Shown: positions 24,266 to 39,499, counted from the stretch's first letter. The stretch: 64,000 bases of DNA from the human T2T-CHM13v2.0 reference genome, Homo sapiens (GCF_009914755.1 NC_060939.1), one strand, 5' to 3'. Notes: generated by a model from the letters alone, not told the origin. Translations and numbers: made by a program.

Positions 24266-25889
24266 TCAGAAATCATTATTCTGCCTACCACATTGTCTTT
24301 ATTCCTCTCATTGCTCCAATCCCTGTGTCTTTTATTATAAACTTCAATATCTCTTTCCTCATTGCTTCCAATGTGGACCCAAATCTAGACATCTTGCTTC
24401 AGACATTAGTATTTAATTCAGGTCTCAGTTCTTAATGTGAGCCTCCCTTGATCATTTACTAAGCAGTATAGTATTTTAAGATGACTGAGATCATTATCTT
24501 ATTTGTTCCTTAAGTTTTAAGCTTCTTCTCTCCAACGGTACATTTTTCATTTCAAAGCCATAGGAACTAGTGCCACTTTCTCTCTGTACTGATAACACAG
24601 GATTAAAATTGTTGAACCAAATGGTCTTCTATTTTTTTCCCTCTCCTCCTAATTTATCACAAGCAGATGTTCTACCAGAAGTTGGGAAAAAAGATTTCTA
24701 GCTGATGGGCAGCACCTCTACCTTGTGGAAGATTCATTGCCCTGCACATTTTGAATCTGCTGACAAGAAACTTGCAGCAGAAGTAATCAGAGTCCTCACA
24801 AGATTGATTTTTGTTCCCTGCTGGCATATGGCATAGAGGGTGGAAAGGCTCTCATCTCTCAAACTAATCTTAACTATTTAGAAGCCATTATTGCTGGATT
24901 ACAAATCATCAGAATACCCCCTTTTTTCTAACAACATTATTTATTAGCAAGACCTTCCAATTAGTCTTGTGTCTTGGCTTGACACTCTTCTTAAAATCAA
25001 CCCTGAAATAAGTTTCGTCTTAAAAGTAATGCAGTTAGCACCATTGCTTTAATTGCACAAGCGTTAAGCCAAATTCCATTTCCAGTTCACATTTAAAAAT
25101 AATTCAGACCAAAATGCAAATTGAATCTCATCTTCAGTTTGTAAGAAATGCTTAAAGTCAACTTGTCATGAAGAAGAAATTGAATCTATTACCTGTACTC
25201 TCCCAGGAAGGAAGATGTGTCGAAAGGAGAATAGTGAGATTTATCTGATGTTTGGCTGATATATGGGTATATAAAATCTTAAGTAATACTGATAATGTCA
25301 CACAATATTGTAACATATATTTTCAGTTGAACATTATAAGACAATAAGGCATAAATGGAAATTAAAGGGAAAAACCTGAATGGTTGTCAGGGAACACTTT
25401 TTCATTCAGAGAATCATAAACATATGGAATGGTGTGTCAGGCAAAGTTTCTGAAATGAGACTATTGGAGTAATTACAAATTGGATTTATATTTCCAGGAC
25501 TGAAGGGCACACAATGGGAAAGAAATTTGAGTCAAATGATTTTTAACCACCTCCCCAAAACACCTCAAGAAAATGTATTTCACAAGTATTATCTAAAACT
25601 ATGAAGCATCAGAAAGACAGAAGCGTTTAATGCTTTTAAAAGGGAGCTATTTCACTGAAAAGAATTAGGTAAGAAAAAAGAAATAAGGAGAAATAATACA
25701 AAGACTGGAAGGGGATGATCCAAGCAGGTGTGAGGGAACACTTAATGGAAAACTATTGAAATGAAGTAGATTTATTAATTCAATTTTACAAGTCCTGATT
25801 AAAGGCTGAAAACTTGGCCAAAGTCACCTTAAAGGCTTTCTGAGATGTGGTGGATGATATTTTTAGCTAGTTACCCTATTTCCTCCATA

Positions 25890-26346
25890 AGTCTTATACC
25901 AAAGAGTCAGTCTTTACTCTTAAATCCAGTCTACCTTGTAACCCCCCATCTTCTGTCTCCTTACTCAGAACAAATATTGCTATGATCAGACCAAAACACT
26001 AGCCATTCATAAACACAGCATATGCTGCTCCCCATGACTGGGATATATTCCCCTTGTCTCCAGGTACTAAATTTCTTCTAATTCCAAATTCACTCCATCT
26101 CAAAACCTTTTCAAATCAGTCCTCTTTGCTACTTAATAAAGTTAGCTGCTTGCATCTCTGTGCTTCTTTTCAGAACTTTGTTTTTCCTCCATTAAGCACC
26201 TATCTCATATGTCCACGGGCTGCATATTTGTCTATCTGTCTCCCTCACTGATTTAGATCAGGGAGTAAGTCTTATTCACAAGGAACCGTGAGCACCTAGC
26301 CTGCTCCCAAATATTTGATAGTTAAATGAATGATTTAATTAATGAA
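25890..26346 (+). mobile_element. L2 3' fragment
   Basis: Pyrimidine-rich L2 body ending aaatatttgatagttaaatgaatg. Confidence 0.5.
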
Positions 26347-27249
26347 TATCTGAACATTTGAGAAAAAAAACCACTCTGGGATACCAGAATGGCCCTAGAA
26401 TTTATAGATAAGTAGGCATAACTTTTAAATTGTTTACATTATTTTATTGTAGTGAAATTACATTGGACTAAATATTGGTTGGAATAATTTTTTGTTATGA
26501 AAACATTTTCATTATTATGACTTTAAAAAATTGTAAAGTGTACTATGTTAATGTAATTTAGTAGAAAAAATTTAGAAACCATTGCTAAATTAATTTGCAA
26601 ACATCAGAAATATGAAAAACAGTATAGTGTATATAGTTATACCCTTTGTTATCTAAGTCTAATCTCTTACAAAAGAAGATAAGACTGAAAAAAAGGGAAA
26701 TGTTAGATCTAATCCATATTAAGTAAGGTTTTAAAAAATTTTGTTTGACCTTATATGCTCATTAGTAAGTATGGAAAAATGAGATTTACTAAGCTAGACA
26801 GAAGACTGGGGAAGGACTGGCATGAGAGTCTGTAGAGCTGCCTGAATTTTCGCTCTCCAACCTCAGGGTGGTACTATCTCAGAAATACTCTCAGAATCCA
26901 ATATCATCTTCAGTAAATGAAATTGTTACACGTGACAAGCAGAATTAAATTTAATTAGGATAAGAGAAGCTCAGTGCTCTTAGGGTAGACTTTTGAAATT
27001 AAAACAAAGAAGAGACGAATATTCTCTTCCCTTGAAAGATGCCTCCCAGAGGTTGCATATATGACTTCTCCTCATATCCCATTGGCTAGAAGCCAGCTTC
27101 ATTAGATTAAAATTAATCTATTAGATTAAAGCTAATTGTAAGACAAGCTAAAACATTTGCTGTTTGAGTAGTGTGTGCCTAAAAATTAAGTATCTTCCTA
27201 CTTCACATAGAACTGATAGTTAAAAACAGGTGGCAGCAAATAAGTACGT

Positions 27250-27690
27250 ATAGCCAAAAAATGGAAACAACCCAAGTGAGCATTAATAAATCAATGGGTA
27301 AACAAACTGTGGCATATACATACGATGGAATATTACTCAGCTATGAGAAAGAATCAAATACTGGTACATGCTACTATGTGGCTAAAAATTATGATAACTG
27401 AAGGAAGCCAAGCACAAAAGGTTACATATTGTATGATTCCATTAATGTGAAATATTCAGAATAGGTAAATCCATAGAGACAGAAAGGAGATTGTTGGTTG
27501 CCAGGAATTGGGAGTGGAGGAAATGGCTAGCAACTGCTTTGTGGCCAAGGGGGTTTACTTTTGGGGTGATGAATGTTGTTTTGTAACTACTTAGAAATTT
27601 TGTTTGCAAAAACCTGAATGTACTAGATGCCATTGAATTATTCACTTTAAAATGATTTATGTTATGTGAACTTCATCTCAAAAAACAAAA
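27250..27690 (+). mobile_element. L1MB-like 3' end
   Basis: gaataggtaaatccatagagacagaaag...ttatgttatgtgaacttcatctcaaaaa. Confidence 0.85.
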
Positions 27691-27863
27691 GCAGAACAAA
27701 ACCAGACAACAGCCTTCAATAATTGGTATTGGTTGATGAGTGTTAAATGCTGCAGGAACGTGAAGGAGAATGAGGAAGACTAAAATATGTTCACAGAGTT
27801 TGAGCAGGAAGAAGTCTTATTTTTACTCCTGGGAAAAGAGTGACTCTTTCTCCAGCTTGTGAG

Positions 27864-27907
27864 TTTTTTTTGGAGAGAGAGAGGATCTTGCTTTGTTGCC
27901 CAGGCTG
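27864..27907 (-). mobile_element. Alu 3'-end fragment
   Basis: ttttttttggaga...ggatcttgctttgttgcccaggctg. Confidence 0.7.
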
Positions 27908-27999
27908 TATTTCTGTTTCTTAAAGGGCAGCTAACCCAATTACTTTCATTTTCTCAGTTTTCACCTTGGTAGTTTTGTAATGCCTCAACATGGCGAGGC

Positions 28000-28507
28000 T
28001 GAACTCTTCTCTGTGCATCTTAAGCTCTGGTAGAAGGCCACTAGAGAGCAGCTGGTGGGAGAAAAGCAGCATCTATTTTGTAATCCTCACACACTTGTGG
28101 CTTATCTGTTGGCTCCACCTTCTTGGGATCATCCTTTAGCTTCTCGACTCCTCGGGCAGGTGTGCATGTATTTAACTACTGAGGAAGGGCCCAATTTCTT
28201 CAGGAAACCTAGGCCATCAAGGTCAGAGGCCATGAGAAGCGACATGGGTTTCAGTCTGTCCTTATAATAAGGTCCAACTCGTGCTTGTGGCTTCTAGCTT
28301 TTTGCTTTCACCACATTAAATCAATTTCCCTTCCCCATGTGCTGCTCTGTGAACTTCAAGCTCCAGTCTCAGACAGGACAACAGCCTTCAGAGACTATTT
28401 CGCTAGCTCACATAATTGCATGAAGTCAAATCCCCGTAATAAATCTATCAATCAGTCTATCTATATTCTAGCCATTCTGCTTTTCTGATTGAGCCTTGAG
28501 TGATATA
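28000..28507 (+). mobile_element. Old ERVL-type LTR (family uncertain)
   Basis: 3' end aaatccccgtaataaatc...ttctgcttttctgattgagccttgagtgatata. Confidence 0.45.
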
Positions 28508-28772
28508 GTACCCATTACTCACTTTCTGACATTAAACTTTTACCTCTTCACAAACTGTCTTCTCACTAAATATTTTATTTTCAATTAATTAGAATTGCAA
28601 CCTGTTCCTTGGCCTTGGCAGAGAAGAGAGTGTTTATTTGAGTTTTCCATGTTCAAAATAAAACCAGATAGAGAACTTACTATAGTTTTTTAATTTAGTT
28701 GAAAAAAATGCCATCATTCATGAATGCATGATCCAGCAATTTCACTCCTAGGTATATACCAGACAGAAATTC

Positions 28773-28815
28773 ATATATATATATATGTATGTGTGTGTGT
28801 GTGTGTGTGTGTGTA
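28773..28815. repeat. (TA)n(TG)n microsatellite
   Basis: Direct reading. Confidence 0.9.
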
Positions 28816-28847
28816 CACATACGTATTCATGGATATATATATATTCA

Positions 28848-29140
28848 TGTTAAAAGGAAAACCTTAGATAAATTAAATTTAACTGAGCTTAATTGAGAAA
28901 AGATGTATTCACAAATTGGACTGCCCCTGAACCAGAATTGGTTCAGAGAGGCTTTGGCCTGCCTCATGGTTGAAGAAGGTTTATGAACAGATAAAGGAAA
29001 GTGACATATAGAAAATGGAAGTGAGGCATGGAAATAGCCGGATGGGTTACAGCTTGGCATTTGCTTTATTTGAACACAGTTTAAATAATTGGCTGCCTTT
29101 CATTGGTTGAAACTCAGTGATTGGCTCAAGAGTAGGTTAC
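28848..29140 (-). mobile_element. MER93-like ERV1 LTR, truncated at the PNO1 retrocopy
   Basis: tgttaaaaggaaaaccttagataaattaaatttaac...gattggctcaagagtaggttac; family and strand from recalled consensus. Confidence 0.65.
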
Positions 29141-29773
29141 CATAGAGAATGTGACATGGACGCGGACAGTTTTGGCTGATGTGAAAGTTCACATCTTTGG
29201 CTCCTTCCAAAACATCAAGATGGCAAGAACTGCCGTTTGCAACCTAATCTTGGGAAATCCTCCTTCCAAGGTTTATGGCAATATACGAGCTGTGGCTAGC
29301 AGATCAGCAGATCGGTTCTGATTTCAAGTCAGAGACTTTTTATCTTGCCTTTGGACTCTGGAGAAAAATACTTTCTTTACGAGTGGTCACAAGAAACCAT
29401 CTGAAGAATTTCAGTCATTTGAAGCCTCCGTCCCTTTTTCTATTCTCAGCTAGAAGCATAAACAAAAAAGGAAGGTTTAAGAGTATTCACACTCAATAGG
29501 TTTTAGGATAATTTAAATATAAAAAATTGATTCTATTATTATACTTACACATTAGGTATAATTTATGATTTCTTTATTTAAAATCACATGTAGCAGATTG
29601 CATCATTTATAATCCTCTCAGAGGGAAACTTCTTGTTTAAACAGCTCTATGTGAATTTATACTTTTATATTTATAAATTTAAAACCATAAAAATTTATAA
29701 ACGTTTCTTCTTTATAAATTGCAATTTAATAGATTATTTCAGAAAAACCTCTTGGAATGATGACCTTCCTTAA

Positions 29774-30087
<314 letters not shown>

Positions 30088-30283
30088 TTGATGTGTGGAA
30101 TATTTGAGAGGTCATAAGCAGTGGTTTTGGTGATACTATACTATATGAATCAGTAAGAGCTCATCTTAGGACCTGTTTTGCAGTTTTAAAAATTAAAGAC
30201 CTACATCATAGGGTTGATGTGAAGAAAGTTTTATTTTTCAAATGAGTATTTAATGAAAGTATACACAACCAGTGTTGGGTATA

Positions 30284-30600
30284 CAGATACTTCTCAACTT
30301 ACGATGGGTTTATGTCCTGATAAGCCCATTGTGAGTTGAAAATAGCAAAAGTTGAACATCATAGCTTAGCCTACCCTAAAAGTTCTCCGAACACTACGTT
30401 AGCCTACAGTTGGGCAAAATTGTCTAATATAAATCCTATTTTATAATAAAGTGTGTTGACTATCTCATATAATTTTTGAAGATGATGCTGAAAGTGAAAA
30501 ACAGAATGGTGGATGGTTGTGTGAGGACTTGAAGTATGGCTTCTACTGAATGAATAATTCTAAGGTTGAAAAATAATAAGTTAGAATCATCATAAGTCTG
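30284..30600 (+). mobile_element. MER47A-like (TcMar-Tigger) element within the retrocopy 3'UTR
   Basis: ta cagatacttctcaacttacgatggg...catagcttagcctacc...gcctacagttgggcaaaat. Confidence 0.8.
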
Positions 30601-30774
30601 TTTCCTCTAAGTAGTAAAGATGAAATGATAAAAGAATGTTTTTCCCACCTAAAAAACTATGTTCTATACATGCAGATTAGCTAGTTTCTGCCTGTTGAAA
30701 TAGTATATGATTATTTTATACATTGTAAAATGGAAGGAACTTACTTTATTAAACGTAACTTTGATACAAAAAAA

Positions 30775-33700
30775 TGTAGAAAACTTCAAATAAACAAACT
30801 GATGATGCATCTTAAAGAATAAGAAAGCAAGTGAAAACCAAACCCAAAATTACCAGGAGAAAAGAAATAATATCAGAACAGAAATAAATAAAATTGAAAT
30901 GAAAAGAAATAATACAAAAGATCAATGAAACTAATGTTAGTTTTTGAAAAAATAAACCAATTGAAAAAACTTTAGCCAGACTAACTAAACTAAAAGGGAG
31001 AAGGCAAATAAATAAAATCAGAGATGAAATAGGAGACATTACAACTAATAGCATAGAAATTCAAAGGATTATTAGAGGCTACTATGAGCAGTTATATGCC
31101 AATAAATTGGAAAACCTAAAAGAAATGGACAAATTCCTAAACACATGTAACCTACCAAGACTGAACCATGAAGAAATCCAAAACCCGGGCAGACCAATAC
31201 CAAGTAATAAGATCAAAGACATAATAAAAAGTCTGTCAGCAAAGAAAAGCCCAAGACCTGACGGCTTCAATGCTAAATTTTACCAAATACATAGGGAATT
31301 CCACTCAAATTATTTCAAAAAGTAGAGGTGGAGGGACTACTAAACTCATTTACCAGGTCAGTATTATCTTGATACCAAAACCAGAAAAATATATCAAAAA
31401 AAGAAAAAAAAAAAAAAGAAAACTACAGGCCAATATCCCTGATGAACATTGATGCAAAAATCCTCAACAAAATACCAGAAAATTGAATTTGACAACACAT
31501 TACAAAGATTATTCATCATGACCAAGTGGGATTTATCCCAAGGATGCAAGAATGGTTCAACATATGCAAATCAATCAATATGATATATCAACAGGATGAA
31601 GAAAAAAACCATATGATCATTTCAATTGATGATTAAAAAGCATTTCATAAAGTTCAACATCCCTTCATGATAAAAACCTCGAAAAACTGGGTATAGAAGG
31701 AACATACCTCAACATAATAAAAGCTATATAAGACAGACACATACATACTATTACACTGAATGGGGAAAAATGGAAAGCTTTTCCTCTAAGATCTGGAACA
31801 AGGCAAGGATGCCCACTTTCACCACTGTTATTTAACATACTGCTGGAAGTCTTAGCTAGGGCAATCAGAAAAGAGAAAAAAATAAAAGCATCCAAATTGG
31901 AAAGGAAGAAGTCTAATTTTCCTTGTTTGCAGATGTTAGGATCTTATATTTGAGAAACCTAAAGACTCTACCAAAAAAAAATTGTTAAAAGTGATAAACA
32001 AATTCAGTAAAGTTTTAGGATACAAAACCAGCATACAAAAATCTGTACTATTTCTGTATACCAACAGCAAACAATCTGAAAAGGAAAAGAGAAAGTAAGA
32101 TAAAATACCTAAGAGTAAACTTAACCAAAGAAGTGAAAGATCTCTACAATGAAAACTGTAAAACATTAATGAAAGAAACTGAAGACAACACAAAAGTGGA
32201 AATATATTTTATGTTCATGGATTGGAAGAATCAATATTGTTTAAATGTCCATATTGTCCAAAATGATCTACAGTTTCAGTGCAATCCCCATAAAAAAAAA
32301 CCAATGACATTCTTCGCAGAAGTAGAAAAAACAATCCTGAAATTTATATGGAATCACTAGAGACCCAGAATAATTAAAACTATACTGAACAAAAAGAAAA
32401 ACAAATTGGAGGAATCATATTATCTAACTTCAAATTATACTACAGAGCTATAGCAACCAAGGCAGTATGGTACTGGCATAAAAACAGATACATAGACCAG
32501 TGGAACAGAATAGAGAACCCAGAAATAAATTCACACATCTACAGTGAACTCATTTTTGACAAGGATGCCAAGAACATACATTGGGTGAAAAGTCAGTCTC
32601 TTCAATAACCAGTATTGTAGAAACCAGGTATCCATATTCAAAAGAATGAAACTAGACCCCTATCTCTCATTTTATACAAAAATCAAATAAAAATGGATTA
32701 AAGACTTAAATCGAAGACCTCAAACTATGAAACTACTACAAGAAAACATTGAGGAAACTCTCCAGGACATTGGCCTGGGCAAAGATTTCTTGAGGAATAT
32801 CCCAGAAGCACAGGTGACCAAAGCACAAATGGACAAATGAGATCACATCTAGTTAAAAAGCTTCTGAACAGCAAAGAAAACAATCAATGAAGTGAGGCGA
32901 CAACTCACAAAGTGAGAGAGAATATTTGTAAACTACTCATCTGACACGGGATTAATAACCAGAATGTATAAGGAGCTCAAACCACACTATAGGTAAAAAT
33001 CTAATAATCTGATTTAAAATCTGATTTAAAAGACTTGAATAGACATTTCTCAAAAGAAGACATACAAATGGCAAAGAGGAATATGAAAAAGTGCTCAATA
33101 TCATTGATAATCAGAGAAATGCAAATCAAAACTACAGTGAGATCTAATCTCACCCAGGTTAAAATGGCTTTCATTCCAAAAGTCAAGCAATAACAAATGT
33201 TGGCAAGGATGTGAAGAAAGGGGGACTCTTATATACTGTTGGTGCAAATGTAAATTAGTAAACCACTATGGAGAACATTTGAAGGTTCTTCAAAAAACTA
33301 AATATATAGTTACCTTACAATCCAGCAATCCTACTCCCAAGTATATACCCAAAGGAAAGGAAATCAGTATACTGAAGAGATATCTGCATTCTTATGTTTA
33401 TTGCAGCACTGTTCCCAATAGCCAAGATTTGGAAGCAACCTAAGTGTCCATCAGCAGATGAACCGATAAAGAAAATGTGCTACATATACACAATAGAGTA
33501 CTATCCAGTCATAAAAAGGAATGAGATTCTGTCATTTGCAACAACATGAATGGAAGTAGAGATGATTATGTTAAGTAAAATAAGCCAAGCAGAGAAAGAC
33601 AAACATTGTATGTTCTCACTTATTTGTGGGATCTAAAAATCAAAACAATTGAACTCATGGAGATAGAGTATAGAAGGATGGTTACTGGAGACTGGGAAGG

Positions 33701-34005
33701 GTAGTGGGGGTTGGTGGGGAGTGTGGATGGTTAATGGGTAAAACAAAAGAAGTAGAAAAAAATGAGTAAGATCTAGTATCTGATAGCACAACAGGGGACT
33801 ATACTCAATAATAATTTAATTCTACATTTAAAATAACTAAAACAATATAACTGGATTTTTTGTAACACAATGGATAGATGCTTGAGGAGATGGACACCCA
33901 ATTTTCCATCATGTTATTATTACATATTGCATGTCTGTACCAAAATATCTCTGTACCTCTTACATGTGTACACCTACTGTGTACCCACAAAATTTTTTTA
34001 ATTAA
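30775..34005 (+). mobile_element. L1MA2/3-like element (ORF2 to 3' end)
   Basis: ORF2 remnants (ENLKEMDKFLNTCNLPRLNHEEIQN; KDLYNENCKTLMKE); 3' end cacctactgtgtacccacaaaa. Confidence 0.92.
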
Positions 34006-34528
34006 AAGGAGATAAATTAAATCCTATTCAGGAGACTTATAGGGTAGGTATGGTTTTATGAACCAGGAGAGCATTTGCTTACCTTTTTAGGGTGAATATT
34101 CTAAGAACCCTTACATTTGGGACTATGTTAGTCATATTTTGCAAGACTGTTTGGGGCCCTGGAGGTAACACAATTATTTCATGTGTGAATTTATCGTGTC
34201 TCCCAGCAAGGTTGTAAGCTTTGGCAAAGGAAAAAATGACATATTTTTTTCTTCCCTTATAGTACCTAAAATAGTGGAATAATACAGTAAATACAGTATA
34301 ACATAGTGTTGACTATGGAGTGTAACACAAATGTAGTAAATGCTCAATACACATTCTACTTGTAGTTTTACTACTGACCACTACGTCTTGTCTTCCCAGA
34401 TCACTTTATCATGTGGAAGAACTGAATCACTTAAAGTAAGACTAAGAATAAAATGTGCAGTAATAAAGTGTACCCACGAAAAGGAATTATTGCTAGAGAT
34501 AATAGAGGTCAACAACATAATTATGAAT

Positions 34529-35003
34529 TGTGTTAGTTTTCATTTGGTTCTGTAACCAATTACCACATACTTAGTGGTTTGAAATAACACAAATTATCTT
34601 GCTTTCTATAAGTCAGAAGTCTGGAAAATGGGTCTTATAGGGCTAAAACCAGAGTGTCATCAGAACCGAGTTCCTTCTAAAGACTCTGAGAGAATTCCTT
34701 CTTTGTCTTTTCCAGCTTTAGAGGCTACCTTCATTTTGTGTCTGGTGGCCACTCCAGCAATGCCACAACTCTTATCTCTGATTCCATCCTCATATCTCCT
34801 ACTGACTCTGACCCTTCTGCCTCCCTCTTGTAAGGCTTCTTGTGACTATATTAGACTCATCTAGTTCAGAATAATATTCCCATTTCAAGATCCTTAACTT
34901 AATCACATATGAGAAGTCCCTGTTGCCACGTAAGGTAACATATTCGTTTGTTTTGAAGATTAGAACATGGACATCTTTGGGGGCCATTATTCTACCTACC
35001 ACA
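34529..35003 (-). mobile_element. MLT1D-like LTR
   Basis: ctgtaaccaattaccacatacttagtggtttgaaataacac...ggacatctttgggggccattattctacctaccaca. Confidence 0.85.
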
Positions 35004-35869
35004 CAAGTCAATATTTGCTTAGAGAGTTTGACATTTTTAATAATAGGAAATGCAAAATGTATGTCTTTTCATTTTGCCACATAAAATCAAAGATATCTGG
35101 ATTAAGTATGTTTGGAAAATCCCACAATGAAATGTGTTTTGATGTTTCAATAGCAGATGTATCACCCAGGGACACTCTCTTTAGAAAACAGCAGGAGCCT
35201 CCTGCCTGCTCTTTCTTCTGGCTTAGAATTCATCTTCTCACCAGCTGCCAGCTTTAAACTACAGTGAGCCTCTCAGTTTACGGTCCTTTCAAGTTAAAAT
35301 CTGTTACACTAGTAGAGAAATTGCAATACTTATGTAAATCAATAATTGCAACGTATATAACACCATAAATTCATAGCATGCCTAGAGAGTTACTAGCTGC
35401 AACATACGTGTTTGGCATGTTTAGCCTGTCAAGCAACCTATACAATGTAACTCATTTGCATACATACCTAGGTATAGCTTCAATTTTGACTCATTTTTAA
35501 TAAAGATATAACAATTCTGGATTAAAAAAATTTAAAAATTATTAAGAAAACTCTGTTCAAATAATCTAAATTATGTTGTAAATATTTTAGGAAGTTCTTT
35601 AGGTCTTCAACATGGTAACATTTCTGAGTAAGACTGCAAGCCTCTTAACAGAGCTTTTGCTCCCCCTCTCTGACTCAGATCTAAATATAAAAGGTGCTAC
35701 TAGAAACTGGAAGTGGGCTCAGTGGTGATGGTTCTAGGTGACCCTAGGCTCTAGAGTTAGAAATTGTATTTTCTCTGTTAATTTTAGCTCCTGTTTCTGT
35801 GTTAGTGTTTAAAGTTAATCATACCTTTGTTTCCTGTCTACATCATCTAGGGCTTGCATGGCAATAGTC

Positions 35870-36170
35870 ATTATTGATTTGTCAAGTAAGTTTTGAGCAC
35901 CTATCTTGGTGGGTCAGTGTGAAAAACTGAAAATACAATGATGAACAAGCCAGGATATGATGTCTACTTCATTAAAACCTAGTCTACTGGGGCCAGAGGA
36001 GGAAGGATGGTCTTGACAATGGTACCAATAACACGTCAATATAAATACAGTTGTGATAAGTGTAGCTGAGAGAAAGTACAGATGAGCATAGATAGCAATA
36101 GATTTAATCCAGTTGGAGGATGAGAGAAGATTGCCACAAGAAAGTACTTTTTGGCTGAGGTGGGACAAAC
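35870..36170 (-). mobile_element. L2 fragment
   Basis: cattattgatttgtcaagtaagttttgagcacctat... Confidence 0.5.
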
Positions 36171-37024
36171 AAACTCTATTTGAGGATATTTTTTTCAACT
36201 AGTCATTTTCTCTTCTAGTACATCTATATGATGAAACTTGACTTGGATCTTCTGGTTTACTTCTTGCACAATCCTATTTTCTGTGGCTTCTGTGCAACAA
36301 AGACATGGTGCCATTCATCATTGTTTCTCCGGGGCCTATACTCATCTTGGCTTTGGAAATGCAGTTAAAGCAGGATCAGATATTTGTATTTTGACAATAT
36401 ACAGGTCTTCTTTATCTATTGAATTCATTCTTCTTGAATGTATTGAGGCTCAATTTAGGAGGTTTGATTTTCAAGTAGGGTTTGTCTGCAGCTCTCTCTC
36501 TAGCCAAGTGACAGATTTCATGGCAGTGCTTTCTGATGTGGGGGCTATTTATCTCTTCCATTTGGAAAACCCATTTCCAGCAAGCAAAGAGGAAGACCAA
36601 GCCAATCTACTTTTATACTTGAATGTGCCTTTACTCCCTTTGTTGTGATTATCTCACTCAAGTTATGAATTAGAACAACTTAGTAACCCTACTCAGCATG
36701 TTTCTCAAGGCTTATTTCAAGTAATTATATGCATCTCCTCATAATCTAAATTGGTAAGCATTTCTCTAGAAAGTGCTGTGATATGTTTTACCATTGTATA
36801 AAAATTTAAACTGACAGATTGATGATTGAATTTGGTGTTTCATGTAAATCTCCAAAGCTACTTTTTGTTATACTTGGATATATCTATGATGTTATAGAAG
36901 AGAAAACTTCATCTTTCATTGTGAGAAGACATTCTACTAACATTGGGAGACTCTGTTATTTCCTTGACACAATCTAGAGCATAATTCAATTCCATGTAGC
37001 CATCCTGTGAGGAGGGACTATGCT

Positions 37025-37243
37025 TACTGATTAAGAGCCTTGGCTGGAAAGTAAGATACTCTGGATCTGAATGTCAGCCCTGCCCATGTCAGCTGTGACC
37101 CTGGCAGAATTTTGCAGCCTCTGATGTTCTGTTTCCTCAAAAGAGATAAACAATTGACCTATGGACTTGTTGTGGTGATTAATTAGGTTACGCATTGCAC
37201 AGTGCCTGATGCTTCGTAAAACACTCGATGCTATTATTATTAG
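37025..37243 (+). mobile_element. MIR
   Basis: attaagagccttggctgg...cagctgtgaccctggc...gcacagtgcctgatgc...ctattattatt. Confidence 0.7.
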
Positions 37244-37999
37244 TACTGAATGTTACACCACATCTTAGATAGTATTGTAGATGCTGGGTCTCACAATTAG
37301 GGAGGTTGTGGTGCTGGAGGAGTGACATATAGTACCAAGCGAATCACAGATCTTGTATGGAGAAGTGGGGAAGAAAAAACTACCTGGGATTAGAAGGTGG
37401 GCAGAGAAAAGTGGATTTAGAAATACTTCTCAGGTCAAGTGACCTTTGAAATAATTCTTGAAGAATAAAAAGTATTTTGCCTGTGGAGCAGAGGGAGAAG
37501 AGCTTTGGAGGCAGAGGAAACATCAAGAGAACGTGGAAAGTATGTTGGTAAGCAGGAAATGACAAGGAGCACAATGGGACTTTTGCATTCAGGACATGCT
37601 GGGGAGGATATGGCCAGGTAAGTTGGGGACAAGTTACACAAACAGTGAAGCCCTTGTTCAGTACTGAAATCCAACCAGATGAAATATTGCTGAGAAGGGA
37701 TTTCAGCTAGTTCAAGCAGCTCAGTGACAGCATATATCACAACGGATAAGTCTATATATTACCATTTGTCAGAGCTATCAAGCTATCAAAATATTCTCAT
37801 TCTTAGCTATGGTAGTTTACATACTTTATTCAGTGTACCAAAGTGCAATTTTTACATGCTTTCTGAGGGTCTTAGAACCATGCATTTTCTCCAAAATATA
37901 CAACCTTCAAACTGAAAGTAATCTCAATATATGCTGCCAAAATCATGTGAAATGAAATCTTATTTTGCCAGCCCTAACAAAATTGTGAAAAAGGTCAGG

Positions 38000-38745
38000 C
38001 TTGTCTTTCATTTTTTCATTCTTTGTCAACTTATCTCAATCTATATACATGCCTGTAAGATATATCCTGAATTTTATCATGTCTCATCACTTCCATAGTT
38101 ATCACTCTAGTCAAAATCGCCATCATCCCTTATTAGGACTATTGGAACAGCCTCCAAGATGGTCTCTCTGTTTTCACTCTTGTTTCTTTATTCTCTATTC
38201 CATAAGCAGACAGAGTGATCCATACAGAACATAAATATAATCATCTTGTTTCTCTGCTCTCCCCCACAGTGGCTTTCCATCCCACTGAAAAGAAAATCCA
38301 AAGTGTTTACCCTGGTCCCTTGCTACCTCTCCAATTTCACTCACTGTTCCCTGGCCACACTGGACTCTGCTCTTACTTCAACATGTAAAAAACATTCCTC
38401 TACCCCCGCCACCCCCAAACAAGGATCTTGAATTTGTTATTCTATTTGCCTTAGATGCTTTTCCCCCAGATACTGGTAAAGCTTGCTCCCTCACCTCATT
38501 GAGCTCTCTCATTGGAGGGACTTTTCCTGATGAACTAAAATAACATTTCCTCCCACCACCAGTTTCACATCCATCGTAACACTTGACCCTTGAAATATTA
38601 CATAATTTTTTTTTATTTTTTTAGCTTCATTATTCCCTGCCAGAATACATATCCCATGAGAGCATGGACTTTGGCTCACTGCTGTATGCATAAGTGGCTA
38701 TGTTCTAGAACATAGTAGATGTTCCTTAAATATTGATTGAATAAA
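38000..38745 (+). mobile_element. L2a 3' region
   Basis: cagtggctttccatcccactgaaaagaaaatccaaag...catagtagatgttccttaaatattgattgaataaat. Confidence 0.75.
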
Positions 38746-39132
38746 TCCTGGTGACTTTCACTTGTTTCTTTTATTTCCCTTACATTTATACCTCACTTAC
38801 CCAACCATCCAACCTTTCACACAGACCCCAGGCATTCTGAGCTGTTTCTTCCTTCTCTTCCCCAAAGTCCCATATCTGTCAGAACTAATTGTGTTTTCTG
38901 GCCAGCCCCTCTGTTCCAGAAAATTTTCCCACTCAAGTATCAAAATATAGCCACTCTGAAGTGAGATATTTAAACTTTTCATGTTGGAAGGCACATGAGC
39001 AACTCATCCTTTATCATATAATTGCTGGTAAATGAAAATGTGTGTTCTCATTCCAAGGAGTATTTGTATTTTAACAGCAAATATTTCCTTAATAATCAGA
39101 ATGTCTAATGAAATTGTGTATTATTTAGCCTA

Positions 39133-39499
39133 TGCTATAGACTGAATGCTTATGTTCCCCCAAATTCATACGTTGAAACCTAGTCCCCAGTGTGATGCCA
39201 ATTGGGAGGTGATGCCTTGGGGAGGTGCTTAAGTCATGAGAGCTCTGCTCTTATGGACGGATTTAGTGCCCTTATAAATAGGCCCTAGAGAGTGGTCTTG
39301 CCCCTTTCACCATGTGAGGATGCAGGGAGCAGGAGCCATCTTTGAACCAGAAAGTGGGCCCTCACCAGATAGCAAATCTGCTTGTGCATTGATCATGAAC
39401 TTCTTAATCTCCAAAACTGTGAGAATTAAAGTTCCATTGTTCATAGACCACCACCCAGTGTATGATATTCTGTTACAGATGTCCAAATGGACTCAGACA
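39133..39499 (+). mobile_element. MSTD/MLT1A-like MaLR LTR
   Basis: tgctatagactgaatgcttatgttcccccaaattcatacgttgaaacc...ccaaatggactcagaca. Confidence 0.85.

Noticed and set aside
29275-29499. 74-aa ORF MAIYELWL...
   Set aside because: Out-of-frame overlap with the PNO1 retrocopy end and UTR
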